A program made the position numbers and the translations under genes. Of a stretch of DNA of 64,000 bases, positions 36,734 to 51,134 are shown one piece after another (the stretch's first letter is position 1; the number at the start of each line of letters is the position of its first letter). The notes below the pieces were generated by a model. The model was not told the DNA's origin and made no database searches. It saw only the letters and a program-made list of their open reading frames with translations. Source of the stretch: Selaginella moellendorffii (taxonomy: Eukaryota > Plantae > Lycopodiophyta); the NCBI RefSeq assembly GCF_000143415.4, contig NW_003314261.1, positions 1,440,117 to 1,504,116 on the forward strand. The letters run 5' to 3'.

Positions 36734-38891
36734 TTACAAGTTTTCTTTTTGAGGAGATCTCATTGGAACCACCCAGTCCAGTTCTTGAGGTTGGTCATTA
36801 TCACTTCCAGTTGCTGGAGCTTTGTGGCACTTGCGACACAAAAACGCGGCAGAAACGAAGAAGGCACAAGTGGTGACCACTCCGCCCACAGCAATACCAG
36901 CACTTACTTTTCTCGTTAGCTTCTTTGCGGGATGAGGAGGAGAAGCACTGGCTGTAACAGCACAAGCTCCACAACATATAAACTCCCTCATGGACGTGGA
37001 AAAGTCGCCTCTTGGACAGATTGGAGCCAGGCTGCCATGGAAGTCACAGCTGATAGTCGCATTGGCGAGCTGCAAAATCAAATTTCTCTCAACTGAAAAA
37101 CAAAACAAAAGTTCCAAAAATTTGTACGTAACTGTCAGAGCGAGAGGAAGAGGCTTTTGCTGTGAAGGATCAAAGTATCGTTTAGATATAGCTTTCTCAA
37201 CTGTAGGCTGGCCAAGCTCCGCGATTAGCCCATCAGCAAGAACATCTATACGTGCAACTCCAATCAACTGTTGATTTGCATCAAAAGCTGCATGAAATTA
37301 AAATAATTACTAAGAAGAAGCAGAGTAATAAATAATAGTACTATACAAACCTGGAAAGATGGAAGTTGTCACATTGCCAAGGCCAACAGAATCGGTATAC
37401 AAACTCGCCCAAACTGGTTTCTTGTTGACAGCAACAAAGCGAAGCCATGCAATGTAGTCGAAATAGCTGTGGACCTTGAGCAGCGGGTTTTTGTCGTCGT
37501 TGATGACCTCGTAGCTCATGTTGAGGCTGCTCTGCATGTGCTGGAAAGTGGCATCGTTGGTTGTGAAGGACCCGATTCTGTAGACAAACACTACAACACC
37601 TCTCGCGTTCAGCTGTGCCAAAACTGGGCTCAGTTGGGTGAAGTTGAAATTGCCAGGGGTGACAAACTGTCCATCTGTGAAGAGGATTATGACCTGGGAT
37701 TTGGAAAGTTGAAGAAACCAATGTGATTTCTTGTGATTATCACACGAAAAGCATCTTACATTCAAGTTGGAGCTGGTGTTGAAGAAATCAAGTGCTGCTT
37801 GCAGCCCGTTCTTTATGTTACTGGCTGAGTTTGTAACACTTGTGTTGCTTATGGAATCTTTGAGGGAAGAGATTCCAGCCAGATCCAAAGAGGTTTCCTG
37901 GACGCCAAGAACTACGGAAACCTGGATTTCAGAACCTCATGATCAGAAGTTATCCTAGTCTCTGATGAAAAACATAACTGGAGCTCCGATTTTCTCACCA
38001 CCAATCGTTGACACAGCCACTTGATCTCCATTCGTGAAGGTGTTTAGCAGCCTTTTAATGATGTTATTTGCAACATTAAAGCGGGTTTGGGACGATAAAA
38101 CTCCAGTGGGATTGCTCATGGAAGCGGAGGTGTCCAAGAGAATGTAGAGCGATTTTTGGACCGCCAAAGCATTGAGAAACCATGGCCTGAGTCTTGGATC
38201 GTAAATATCACACTGCCAACTGTCGACATAGTCCTGTCAATATGAACACATTTATAAGCTCTCGCTTGCAGGGAAGAAATGCTTAGTGTGCACTTACCCG
38301 GCCTGGGTAAACATACAAGTATCCTTCAATCCCTCCAAAGAATGCCCAGCCAAGGGAGAACTTCCTCGTGTTATCCCAGGCCTGTTGTAGCTTCTTATCT
38401 AGAGATTTCTGAGCACACAAGACCGTCTGAAAATCTCGATCTTTCTCCGGAGCATCGGGTGGGACTCTGGATGATCATATCAACATCTCAAGTCAAAGCT
38501 GTAAATTGACAAACTAAATACCTGAGATATGTTCTTTGACTTGAAACGCTTAAGCTCTGGCAAGTTCCATTTGCCTGTCCATTGTGGAATACTCCAAAGC
38601 AAGAGAGCTTTTGGATCTCATCCTTGGATTGCGGCCAGCAAGGGCGCCTTGTGCAAGTGTTGAGTGAGCAATCCGCTAGACTTCCTGTGACAATGCTCTA
38701 CAAAGTTGTTTGAGTCTGAGCTTCAAGAGCTTACCACAAGTACTGGCTCGATTTAAGATTGCTTGATTCGCGATTGCCTGGACCTGGAAGTCGGTCTCGT
38801 CCAGCACCGTTTTGATGTTATCTTGAGCGTTTGCTAGCAGCAAAGACAAGACTCCTAAAAAGGCGGATCTAAGCAAGAGATAGTCCTGCAT
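36734..38891 (-). CDS. Second alpha2delta/CACHD1-like dCache_1-vWA membrane protein
   Basis: GWAFFGGIEGYLYVYPG..YDPRLRPWF..ILLDTSASM..ILFTDG..PVWASLYTDSVG..AFDANQQLIGVARIDV..TM..DWVVPMRSP; same intron layout as 19313-21447. Confidence 0.85.
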
Positions 38892-39099
38892 TCGCTCAAA
38901 CCTGCAAAAGTGGTGGCGTTGATTTTCTCAAGCTCCTGGAAGCAAGCGAACCAACATCTTGTTGATTTTTATGCGACCAGATCAAAGCTAGCCCAAACCG
39001 TGTGGACTTACGTATTGCCAACATCACCCATTCTCATAGGAGACGAGGCAACTTCGGGTTGGAGCTTCAATTGACTTCAACAGACGTCCATTGATTTTT

Positions 39100-39745
39100 A
39101 AAGGGACGAAGTCATTGTTGCTAATAAGTTTAATCGCAGGCTCGGCCAAGTTTCTGTTGTACAGGAAGCAAACGAAGCAAGACTCTCTTTCAACCAGTTA
39201 TGTTTGGTGACCAATTTTCTTTTCTGTGGCGATTTTGGCAGATCCGGACCAGTCTTGTTCAGCCCCGATGGGAGTTTCACTCGTGGTAGGCGAGGGGAAT
39301 TTGCAGCACTTACAAGAAAACTACAGCAGAAGCAAGAACTGCCGCTCCCACGCAAATACCAGCAATGCCACCAACTGCCAATAATCGCCACACATGAAAT
39401 ATGTGGTCAGTGTCAAAAAAATCTCTTTGCAGGCAAAACAGTTGATAATAGTTCCATTCGAGACCTGCTGGTAATGTCAGCGACAAGTTCTCTGGTTGGG
39501 TGAGAGGGAGAGGCTTTACATTCTCTAAAGAATAGAAGCTCCGTGTAGACACTTCTTCTTGAACAACAGCTCTGCTGAGCTTGCTGATAAGCTTCTCAGT
39601 AGTAATGTCAATGCATGCAACTCTAATCAAATGCTGATTTGCATCGAATGCTACAGCAGTAACCGCTGCAGTTTGATCACATATCTTGGTGACGATCAAG
39701 TGAGAGCCAATGCCTTCCACTGGGATAAAGGTATTGTCGCTTAAA
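39100..39745 (-). pseudogene. 3' fragment of a third alpha2delta-like gene
   Basis: VAFDANQHLIRVACIDI..VQEEVSTRSF..KPLPL and a TM-like segment; frameshifted; 5' part replaced by retroelement sequence. Confidence 0.7.
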
Positions 39746-39749
39746 TGAA

Positions 39750-42700
39750 GACCAGGTTTGCCAATGCTTAGTTGATAACACTCTTTTTATTGCCCAAAAG
39801 ATTAGTATAACTAGAGTCTAGGAGCTATGCTATAATTGCCTTTGCATTGTAAAACTCCTCATCAGCCTTGCTAGGTTTTGGAGCAATGGAATCTTGAGTT
39901 AGTGGCCCATCTCCAAGCAACAAGCATATTGATTCTTGGCAAGTCTGAGAGAGTTTTTCCCTTTTGCATATAGTTTTGCCACCTTGGCATCATTTGGAGC
40001 TTTTGAAGTGTATATAGCCTATAACATTTCCACTCTCTTGCTCCATATAGCCTCAATGTTTTGCAGACTCCTCGAAGCATTTGCCCAAGTCATCCTTGGT
40101 TGGAGAACCAAAATTGCAATTGCATTCTTCTAGCTAGCCAATAGGGACTTGTAGAGCTGCATATGTGAGATAGTGCTTCACCCTAGCAGCTGCAGGTTGT
40201 GTGAAGAAGCTCTTGAGTTTAGATATTACTATTTTTCTCTAGCCTAAGGGGGTGAATGTGTTAAGAGGGAAGGCTCTCGACAGTGGAGAGAACACTTTTT
40301 TATACTTTGAAATCCTGCTTGAATATCTCTTTTATGTGAACTCATTGCCTAGAAAATGAGGAAGAAGGGGAATATACCCTTGCACCTCACACTCCTAGAA
40401 TATTCCAACAGTGGAATATTTTAAGGAATCTCGCTCAACTCTAAGCCATGGATGTTGAAGACATCCATCTAACTCTCATACGGTCTTTTTGATAAGTATT
40501 TGGTTGAGGTGGTGAATATTAGAGTGGTTTAGGCAAGATATAATATGATTAAAACACTTTTGTGGGATTTATGTGACAACACTTTTGTAGGGTTTATTAT
40601 ACAATAATTTTACAGAGTTTATGCAACAATAATATAATGACATATAACTATGAAAACTCTCTTTTATATATAACATGGCCTCAAGACATGCCTCTCTTTA
40701 TTGTACTAGCAGTATGCTACAAATACATATGCATGGGAAGGGTGCTATGAGACATATGTCCAACCTCTAGCATGACTGTGAGGTGCAACATGACCTTGTG
40801 TTCAAACTCAAAACCTTTTGTACATGCAATTGCAAAGGTGTAGTAACTCCTAGAAAAAATAAACCACTAAATGCATTGACAATCAAGAAAGACCTTGCAT
40901 GCGTACCTTATTAAGAGGGACCAAACTAGAATTTTGGTACACTTTATTATTATTTAGTGTGACAATGTCTTTCAAGGTGAAAGGCACACCTACACTACAC
41001 TAAACATGTATTAGAAGTTGTAAATAAAATTCATGTCATCATCTTGTTTTGCACTTATTTTTTTAAAAATATTTTGCTAAGACAAGTGTAGTGCAATATC
41101 CATGTGTCCTTGTCAATGGGGCTTGTCATATTTATCCTCTAAAAAACTATAGAGATGTTAGTTTTGACATGCTAAAACATTGGTATAGAGTAATTCAAAG
41201 AGATTGGGTAATAAGAGGGAGGATTATGAAACTATAGTCTAATTTTGTGCCATGCAGATCCATAGTCTACAAATCTGCACCTTGAAATCATTATTGGTTG
41301 TAAGCTTTATATCTTATCCATCATTTCTAGCCTCGTATTTCTCTAGTGTGAGTGTGCCATCATTGTACCAATATGATGGACTTGAGCTGAACTTGAACTT
41401 GAGAGGGAACATATGACTTAAACTCCATAAAAAACTTGAGTTATCTTGAAATCAATTGAGATACACCATACTTACTTGTTCTCCATCTGTATAGCACATA
41501 CAATTTCTTAGGATACAAAGAGTCCTTGAAGATGTATACTCCTGAATCCCATGGTGTCGTGAAATCAAGAGGAGCATACAATCTCCACTAACAGTGATAT
41601 TGTTGATGCTATGGAATCCACTCCTCATTGCTGTGGCTAATCCCCTTCAACTGGGATCATTGTTTCCAACTTCCCATCAAGCCATGCAAGTGTATTATTG
41701 CTATGCCAATTCCACAACCTTATACCAATATAGATATACCTTTGTCTCTATCTATCTAAAGTTCATGACCAAAGGTGAACTACAAATCTGGGCTAAAGCT
41801 AGATTTCCATAGCAAGCTAGTATGATGTAATTTGTTATGCCCTTCAAAGCACTTCAAACATCAATTAATACCTTAAATATCAATTTGTAGTGTTCCGAGT
41901 GCCTTGATCGTGGTGAAGCCATGACCAAGGCAAGAAAAGAATCAGCCAACACAACCATATTATAAAAATTGGAACTTCAGTATATTGTCAATGTGTTCCA
42001 TTGCCAATTGAACCTATGTGAACAATCTAAAGGTGGAGATACTTGTGAAGAATAATATCCTTTACATGTAATATAAGGGTTCTTGTCAAAATACATAATA
42101 AAGTGTCCTTTCCTTTGATCTCTTCATACCCAAAACTCCAAAACCTAAAATCAATCAAAACTCTTGAACCATTGGATCTTTATAAAATTTCATTAGTGTA
42201 TTTTGCTAGTTTGTCCAAACCCTAGCCACCACCAAGGATAAGGACATCTTGATCTCTTGAATCTTGGCTTTAAATCACTTGTTCTATGTTTATTGTAAGT
42301 GATTAATTTTTTTATTCTACTTTAGTCACTTAATGATGCCTTTAACCACTTGGAGGAGTATCATTCACAACCTTTATAAATCTTTATTCCAAGTTGGGAA
42401 ACTTGTTAACCCTCAAAGGTAATCTTAAAGCCACTTTGACTTTGCACTTAATTTACATGTTTGATTCTACTTCAAACACCCAAAGATACTATCAATATCT
42501 CAACTCATTATATTAAGGTTATGTTTGTTCTTTTATATCTCATTGGTAGTCTAAAACCACCTATACCATAGTCCTATCTTTCCAAAACTAGGTCATCTGT
42601 CCATATATAGTTATCCTATAACCACACTTTAACATCTTTAAGACACCCCTAGATATAAAGAACACCATCTCTCAATATCATTTTTTTAATCCTCACCAAA

Positions 42701-43450
42701 TCCCAATGCTCACCAACACTGCCATTAAGATAGAGCATGATGGCTCAGCCACTAAATCCCATTAACCTTTGGGACTTCATCACTATGTGATTATACTCTT
42801 AGTCACTAGGCAAAGGGACCATTCTTCTTTTTTTTCACAATTTAAAACTTTGGGACGATATTTTAAAACACTATAGCTTAATGAGATCTTCATAGGTACT
42901 ACCCCCATCTTTTGCTATTGAGGTGCCTTACCCATTTAGCTAGAATGAGCCATACCAAGTATCTAAATAAGTAGTGCCACTCACACTTGAATTAGGAGTA
43001 TCGATTATTTGATCTTTTGGGAGAGCTAGAGTTAACTCTTGAACTCTTCACCATGTCACTTCACTTGTTCATCTATGTTTATTTTAGCTTTAGACTCTTC
43101 AATGTTCATATCATCACCACCATATGGATTTAGTCTTAGTCTTAGCCTTGGTCTTGGTCTCAATCTTGGACTTAGACTTGGTCTTGGCCTCCATCTCAGA
43201 CTTGGCCTTGGACTTCATCTTCGACCCAGTCTTGATCTTTATATCGGTTTTGATTTCAAAATTGATTTTGGATTTAATCTTAGACTTGGTCTTGAACTCT
43301 ATCTTGGACTTGGTCTCAGACTTAGTCCTAACACTTTCACGTATCACAACACTTATCATGTGTCAGTCCTTCTTATATCTCTTTTAAGAAACTTACTTAT
43401 TGATCACTTTATACTTATTTATTGAACATTTTTTTGGGAGTTTTTCTCTT
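39750..43450. mobile_element. Nested LTR-retroelement debris (gag-like, copia RT/RNaseH-like, LTR-like copy, hexamer array)
   Basis: Broken minus-strand coding-like segments at 39860-40400 and 41300-42250; 42300-42650 is the reverse of 5700-6030; eroded hexamer array at 43130-43330. Confidence 0.5.
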
Positions 43451-46400
43451 GCTCTCAACATTCTAAATCAAAGCTTTTAGTTTAAATATGTTATGTTTGT
43501 TGGACTTCTACTTCAACCACTGCCACTCAACAAACTTTTAGCTCCATTTTGGGGCTTAGAGATTTCTATCTTACACTCATTCATATGTCCTTGTTAGATT
43601 GGGCATTATATGCAGGTTCACATATTTGTGAAGGTGTTGTATAAATTCAATATAAGGGACTTCAAGTAAGCCATAAGTCTTTATGTCAATAGGGGAATAG
43701 CAATATATAGTCAGAGTCATCATTTTCAAGTTACAAGCCATCTTGCACCACACATCACTCCAAAAGTGTTTGATCCACCATAAATACATTATTATTGCTA
43801 CATAAAAGAAAGATTTAATTTCACCTAGTTATGAACTTAAGAATCATATATAAATATTACATTATGGCCTTCACACATTAGGCCCTATTGAACTCCCCCA
43901 TTTAATCTTTATATATGTGTTTTGGCTAGCAAAATTATAAAATTGTTTAACAATAGCATTTATAAATAGTTTATCCTCTCTTGTTCATTAACATGAGTAT
44001 GCTTGTGATATAGTGGCTCCCTATGTAAATAAATAACACAAAGTGTGTGGTATTATTTAGAAATTTTAAACACATAGTGGTATTAATGATTCCATCTAAA
44101 TAGATGTGCCAAGACTCTAGCTTGCAATATGTTGCATCAAGACTGAATTTTATGTGGTGGGGGAAATTTATTGTAAATTCACTAAAGCTCCATGGATAAC
44201 TCCACATTGAAAAACACATAAAGAATCAACTTTAATCTCCTTCACAAAATTTGTTTTGGGCAAATATAGATTAATGTAACAGCTAACTCTATATCCAACA
44301 TCTTTTAATTTGCCATTAACATATATAATCTTACATATCATAAAGTTCTCATATTATAAGAGAAACTCTTTAAAAAACACTTGTAACAACACTCTTGAGA
44401 GGATACACCTCTTCCGAGCTTTAATAGTGCAATATGCACCAATCCATTCTAAATAAAGTTAAGATTTCTTATTTTGTAGCCTTCCTTTAATTTAACATTT
44501 ATATAACCAAAATCTTTTTTATTTATTGCAAAACCACTCACTCATAAAGTGCTTTTTATTACCCTCTTTATATAAAATGCCTCAGATGCATGGTAATAGC
44601 TTTTAAAAGGCACTCAAAATCCAGTTCACACTTTATTACAAGCCCTTCACCAATGCTTAAACCGTACTAACATACCAAATAAACTGATATGAAATTTAAT
44701 TTTACATAGTGTTACAAAATTGCATACTTAGCACTAATCTCAACTTTGCCAAATCACCAATGCATGCCTATACCTTGAAAAAAAGTTAGATCCAAAAGAT
44801 TATTTTATTAATCACACATATGTATTTAAAAAATTCAAGAACACATGTGTTTTAAATTGATATATTTTACAGTATATTACAATCTTTTTGCCATGCCATT
44901 AACCCCAGATACACCTTCTCTTTGGAGTTGTACCTTCCCTCAAAATTTACAATTATGTTTTGATTGTCATAGCTAAAGAAGTAAAAAAAGTATATATCAA
45001 GATATATATATAAGATAATTTACTATTTTTCCTTTTACACTTGAGATGTGAATAATGAAAATAAACAAGTAAATCACATCTTTAAAAATTATTTATCCAC
45101 ATAGTCTCTTTTTTTCCTCTTATAGCATAACTCAATAGTAAGTAAAAACAAAATTAAATAAATAATTTATGTTTATACAATTAAAAGACAACATCTATAT
45201 ATATTTAATGCTTTTCAAATAGCTCAATCTAAAGATTTATATTGGTTTTCTGTGGTTTTAATATACATTTAATATTACTATATGATACAACTATAAAATA
45301 ATAATATCTACATTTGCAATATTTATTTATTCACTATCTATTTTTTATTTTTATTTTTGATCCAATATTCTAACATTTGAAGAATAATTTTTATTAGAAG
45401 CAAATCAAGTAAAAAAGCATGGTTGAGCAATTGTAATTACATGATAACTTTCCTAGATCAGCTATATCATCCTCTTATATTTGTTTAAGACTTTTTCTAG
45501 TCTTTACAAGAGATATTGTAAACATTATCATCTTATAAATGTCTTAAAAGAATAGACATTCCTGCAAATGAAAACTCCACGATTAATGTTTTTCTTGCTC
45601 AGGCCAAAAAGTAAAAGCATTAAGTATCATGTATAGATAAAACTTCTATAAAGCATTGAAGTTTTCTTCTATGCAAATCCAATGTAAAGACATATAGTTT
45701 CTTCAGATGTAATTTAAGCATTGTATCCTGCTTTGCAGGACCAAATGTGAAATTTGCAAATATTCAACTTATGCTCACTCACTAGATGAAAAGCCAGGTT
45801 ACTACTCAATCTTGTTTTGCATTAAACATGCCTCCCCTATGACTAAGTTACTGTAGCACTACTTTTGTTAGCTTTCATCTCAAGCAGTAATAAGCTAGAG
45901 CTTGTCTCCAAGCACATGAGAAAGAGAAAGAAAGAAAGAAATCCACTCGCCTTTGTTTGAGGTCAAAGCATACAAAGCCAAGATGAATATAGATTCAATC
46001 ACCAATGCATAAGTTCTCCTTCCCAATCCCTTGGCACAATCAGGCCAAATGTCAATCATGCCAGCACAGAGGTGAAGCTCAAGTGTAGCTATGGGATTGG
46101 AGAGTGCCCTTCTATTCCTCTTATAAACGATCCCTATAGGCCACATCAGCAACCAGAACTAACGAAAACCTTCCTGGACAATAACACAATCATTCAGCAA
46201 GAGCAGCACACTATCAGCCAGGTTCTAGAGTTGGGTGTTATAAATGTCAAGTTTTGGAGCTGTGGTGAACCGTGAGATAGAATCAAATTGACAGTAGTGG
46301 GTGACCTAAACTGCAAACTGAAAAACTTGACCAAATTTTTATTTTTGGTCTTATCTTATATTAGCATGGGTTGGATGATGTCATTGGAAAGACTTTTCGA

Positions 46401-46701
46401 GATATTGTTTGTTTCAATAATTGATCACGGTCCAGAAAACTTGTCATTCTTAGATGTTTTAGAAGAATAATGAATTAAAGTGAGTTTTTTCTTACACAAG
46501 AAAGACTCTATTTTTACAAAATAATTTTTTACAAGTAAATATCCTTGGGAAACATGTTAGCGTCGGGCGATCTACTTGAAGGACAAGATACCAGTTACTA
46601 AATGCCAAGAGCTTCAACAAAGGCTATTTGGTGACACACCACGAACTCTTAGACGAGGACACATTCTCTGGAGAAAAAAGAAATAGACATTCTCTATTTC
46701 C

Positions 46702-48903
46702 TCAGAAGTGACCGTTGGACGGGCCGGCTAAAATCGGTGAGCCCAGCGGAGTGCCAACCCAGTCCGATGCCTTGGGGGATTGAAGCCAAAAATCTCTCAG
46801 TGAAGCTACTGGCCTGTCCTTCCTTACTCCGTGCGTCCGGGGCAGTGGAGCATGAACAGTGATGGGCAGCGTCCACTCTCCCGTCTCCCTGTCTTTGATC
46901 TCGAGGGGATGTGCGTACTTCGACCACTCAACATTCCCTGGAGTGGCCACGAACTCGAAACGAAGAACCCACTGTACCGTGACGTGAGGAGTCGAGAAGG
47001 AAGCCGGGCCATCTAGAGGGATGGAGAAAAGGAAGTGCGTTTGTGAAACATCCGCGACAACTTCGTGATACTCGGATTGAATCTGTGCATCGTTTAGCGT
47101 TAATTGTCTAGCGTGAGAAGGCTACAACAAGAAAGGAAAGTCAAACAGTACCTTGGATATGACTTGCGAGTTCTTCCGGGAAGGATGCAAATGCAAAACG
47201 TTGAGTACTTCGCGAATCTCCAGCACGACTGAGACCTGCATTCTTCTCTTGTTACAGCTGGATACTTCACAATCATTCTCTCTCTCACCTCTAAGCACTT
47301 TCGAGAATCACTTTCTTCTGGAAAGCTGATAACCCCAGCAATCTGCAACGAGTAACGTCAAAAACGAGAGAGAGAAAGTGTGCACTTACAGTGTCTCCAA
47401 AGTAATGAACCGCATCAGGATTCTTGGGTGAAATACGCACAAGAACCTGATTGCCAAGCCTGATGTTGTAGGCTTTCCCCTTCACGTGGCCTGAAAGAAA
47501 CAGCTCAACTTCTAGTTTGACGCCTCCGAAAATAGATTCACCTGGGGAGGAGTCGGTTTTCGAGTCATCCTCTTGCTCACTTGGAAAACCGTCCATCGGG
47601 AACCGATTCCATGGGCTCCAATTCCCAGAGAGCGATGTGTCCAGTGTCCTTTGAGAATGTTCTGCAAAGATAGATCTCAAAACAAAACACGACAACAAAC
47701 TTCCAGTAACTTACTCGGGATTTCGTCTGCAAAAGATGCCATCAATATCTGCTTCTTCAATGCTGGTCGATTTGACTCTTCGCTTCTCGGCTGCGTCCTT
47801 GGAGTCAATGCAGGAGACTGGAGCACCAGCCGATCAAAGTTGTTCTCCAGACTTCCCTTCGGGCTATGGGAAACACTTTCGGATCCTTGACTAGATATAT
47901 CGTCTTCTAAACCTGAGAAAGTACTAGCCGTCCCCGTCTGCCAGATAAAAACGTTGCATTTGCCAAGACTTCAACTAGTGGGCATTGTAGTCAACTCACC
48001 CATTCTGAGTAGGCGCTATTTTCTTTCCACTGCAATTCTGCCTCCACAAGAGACGATGGAACAATGCCTGTGCATTGAGACACTTGTTTTAACGAGATTG
48101 CTTGACAAGTCCAAAAAGAACTGACCGCCATTTTTATGGCTTTCGTTGAGCTCAGCTGAAAGTCCACTGTTGTTAGGCATCGTCCAAACGGTTATGGGAA
48201 TGCGCTTCTCCTACACATGGTTCCAGCGTTCTCATATTAGGAAAATAAAACATTACATACCAGCGGAAGAGCAGCTTGTACCGATGAACTACCATTTTCA
48301 GTGGCAACAAATTTCCACCGAATAGTTGCGGTGAGATGGTAAAAGTATCGTACCGCTGTGCCTCTGAAGGACGGAGGAAGAAGCTTTGGTAGAACCGTGC
48401 GTACAAGATCTAAGCAAATTCACGACTTAAAAGACACTCGACATTTTTAATCGCTTCACCACAGGGAAACCAAAACTTACATGATCTCGTCAATCCGCCC
48501 TCGACGAAGACGCCACTAACCAAAGGTCCGCAAGATTCCAGAAAGATCCGTTCGCCTGTGAAGAGGTTTAAAAAATTTGCAAATTCGCCAGGCACGAACC
48601 TCTCTTTTGCTTCGATCCGGGAGGCTTTGGAGTGACGATCCATTGCGGATCGAGTTTCTCCGTCCCTCTCACCTCCACGGCAAATTCTTCCACCAAAATC
48701 AAGTCGCCGCAATCGGAAGCGCTGGCAGGGTTGGAAATCTCGACCGTAGCGGTGACAGCATCACCTGGCCTGTATACCTTCCGATCCAGGCGCAAATCCA
48801 GCAGCGGCGGCAGCTTGGATCGCGCTGCATTGGCGGCAGCGCCCGAGATCGCCCCCATTTCATCGCGAGAGGACGAGCTCCTGGGAAGAATATTTGCCCA
48901 CAT
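46702..48903 (-). CDS. RGP1: RGP1-like protein (Ric1-Rgp1 Rab6 GEF subunit family)
   Basis: LRLDRKVYRPGDAVTATVEI..GTEKLDPQW; YNIRLGNQVLVRISPKNPDAVHYFGD; VQWVLRFEFVATP..GEWTLPITVHAP; multi-exon. Confidence 0.8.
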
Positions 48904-49284
48904 AAAAGCAACCTAAGTTAGGGCTTGGGAATAGGTTTTAGCCTTTAGGGTGTGATAGTAGTAGTAGCCGCCAGTGCTCTTGGTCTTTCTTTTCCCAAGT
49001 GATGAGAAAAAGTGGATGAAAATCAAGGATGATTGTTTTTCTATTTAAGTCTCTGATGGATATCACAATGGAGAAGATCAAGTGATGAGGCACAGTGCCT
49101 GCAAAACGAAAATGAGACCCACTGTGATTTTTCTACTCTATTTAAGTCTCTGATGATCTCCAAGAAACATTTCAAGTCCCAACTCTGGAATTTAGCATTA
49201 GAAATGTAAAACTTTGATTCTATAAACTAAATCTTAGATTCTTATATGTGCTTGTGTGAACTCTATGCGCTGTAGATTTTAGAT

Positions 49285-51068
49285 ATGAGTATGGGGAGCC
49301 TGGCTGTGCAATTGGGTTCCTTCCATGGCGCACAGATTCTCAACCCATCTACGGTGAAGAAGAAATTGAAGAGGAAATCTTTCTCTTTCTCAAGAGTGAA
49401 TGCTCTATATGCAGATGATGGGGTAAGCCTGTAGACTTCCAGTCTTCAAATAGAAGAGAAAACCCTCCTTTTAGGAGATTGCACCTCAATCTAAAGGAGA
49501 TGGCTTTTCTTTCTATGGTGGTAAGTCTTCTTGTTCTTGTTCTTGTTCTTCTTTTTCAGGGATAAATTTTCTTACAATAATGTAGGAAAATATTCGGATG
49601 AAAGAGATAAAACAGATGACTGGTGGGCACGTGGTGATTTTGTAAGTTAATTCTGTTTTCGTAGTTAAGCTTAAGCTAATTATTAAATATTTTTACATAC
49701 TGCAGATGTATGCATACTCTCCTCAAGGATCATCAAACACAGTGAAAGAACCTTTGTTTGGTATGAAATTGGGTGCACAATCTCAAATATCTTCAAATGA
49801 GTATCGGTGAGGTTAGCATAGATGGTTTTAACAGTCATTAATTAGATATTTCTCAGATGGTTTTACGTTGAAGAAGGGACAAATAATAATCACACAATAC
49901 TGCTTTTACATGGTTTATGTTCGCAGGTGATGGTGTATTACTTAGGACGAGCTAACATATGTAGATTTTCAGGCTTATTCTTTTAGACATGTTATTTCTA
50001 TACTTGCCAAAGATTATCACGTTATAGCAGTTGATTGGTTGGGTAAGTTATATAGTTATGTCTTCTGTTCTATCATCATGGATAGGCTTTGGATTCTCGG
50101 ACAAACCATTATATGGTAATGGATTTAATTATACAACTCAAGGTAATGAACATAGACTGTTTTTAATTTTGTAGACTGTTTTTGTTTTTTCTTAAAACCT
50201 GCAGAGTATACAAATGCGCTTAGCTGTTTGGTGGATCGATTAAAATCAAACCAAATTTCTATAGTTGCTCAGGTAACTAAACACTAAATCTTTTTAAAAG
50301 GATTTTTTAAAGCTTTTTAAGACAGGGACATTTTACACCTCCAGTCGTAGAATATATTAGCGCAAATCCTTTCAAAATAGTTAAACTTATCATGATTAAT
50401 CCACCAGTAAGTAATCAAGAAACACAAAACATTATTTCATTTATTATTTCTTATACAGGTATCTAAAGAACACAGTGCTTTACCATCAAATCTCTTAGAA
50501 TTTACAAATTTATTCTTAGGTGATATATTTTCCCAGGTAAACTAGAATTACAAGAGCTTTCTAGCTATAAAGATTTGCTTATGTCAGGATCCTTTTAAAG
50601 CAAGTGATGGTGCTATGTCAAGAATAAGTTATTATGCTATAACAGAGGAGGATAAAATGGTTTATAGAAAGCCATATTTATCATCAGGATCAGCTGGATT
50701 TGCACTAAAGTCTGTGATTAAAAGTTTTAAAAAAGAGTTAAAGGTAATGCATTTCTCTAATGAATAAATATATTCTTGCTAAACATTTGGCTATAGGATT
50801 CAATTTTATCAGTTCGATCTTTATTAACGTCTAAAAACTGGGAAACACCTATATATTTTATTGGTGGTTTGAACGACAGATGGCTAAATTATAAATCACT
50901 CAAAACCTTTTGTGAGGAGTTCCAATTTAAACTAATCACTTTAGACAAGGTATAGCAAATATTTCAACATTAGTTTTAATATATTATTTTCAGGGTGGAC
51001 ATCTTCTACAAGAAGACATTGAAATTGACCTAGCAAATATAATAACAGGTTTATTAAAAAGTCCATAA
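49285..51068 (+). CDS. Plastid-targeted alpha/beta hydrolase (haloalkane-dehalogenase-like; resembles At4g12830)
   Basis: Transit-peptide-like N-terminus; DGFSFYGG, RWFYVEEG..LLHG, AVDWLGFGFSDKP, LGDIFSQDP, YRKPYLSSGSAGFAL, GGHLLQED; about 12 short introns. Confidence 0.85.
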
Positions 51069-51134
51069 AATAACAAAAACCAACCAATCTATATATAGTC
51101 ACCAGTTATATATCAGTTTTCATAGACTTAAAAA

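Noticed and set aside
43500-45000. Possible LINE reverse transcriptase remnant
   Set aside because: Too decayed to read diagnostic motifs with confidence
45895-46470. Short ORFs downstream of RGP1
   Set aside because: No recognisable homology; stops in the adjoining frames
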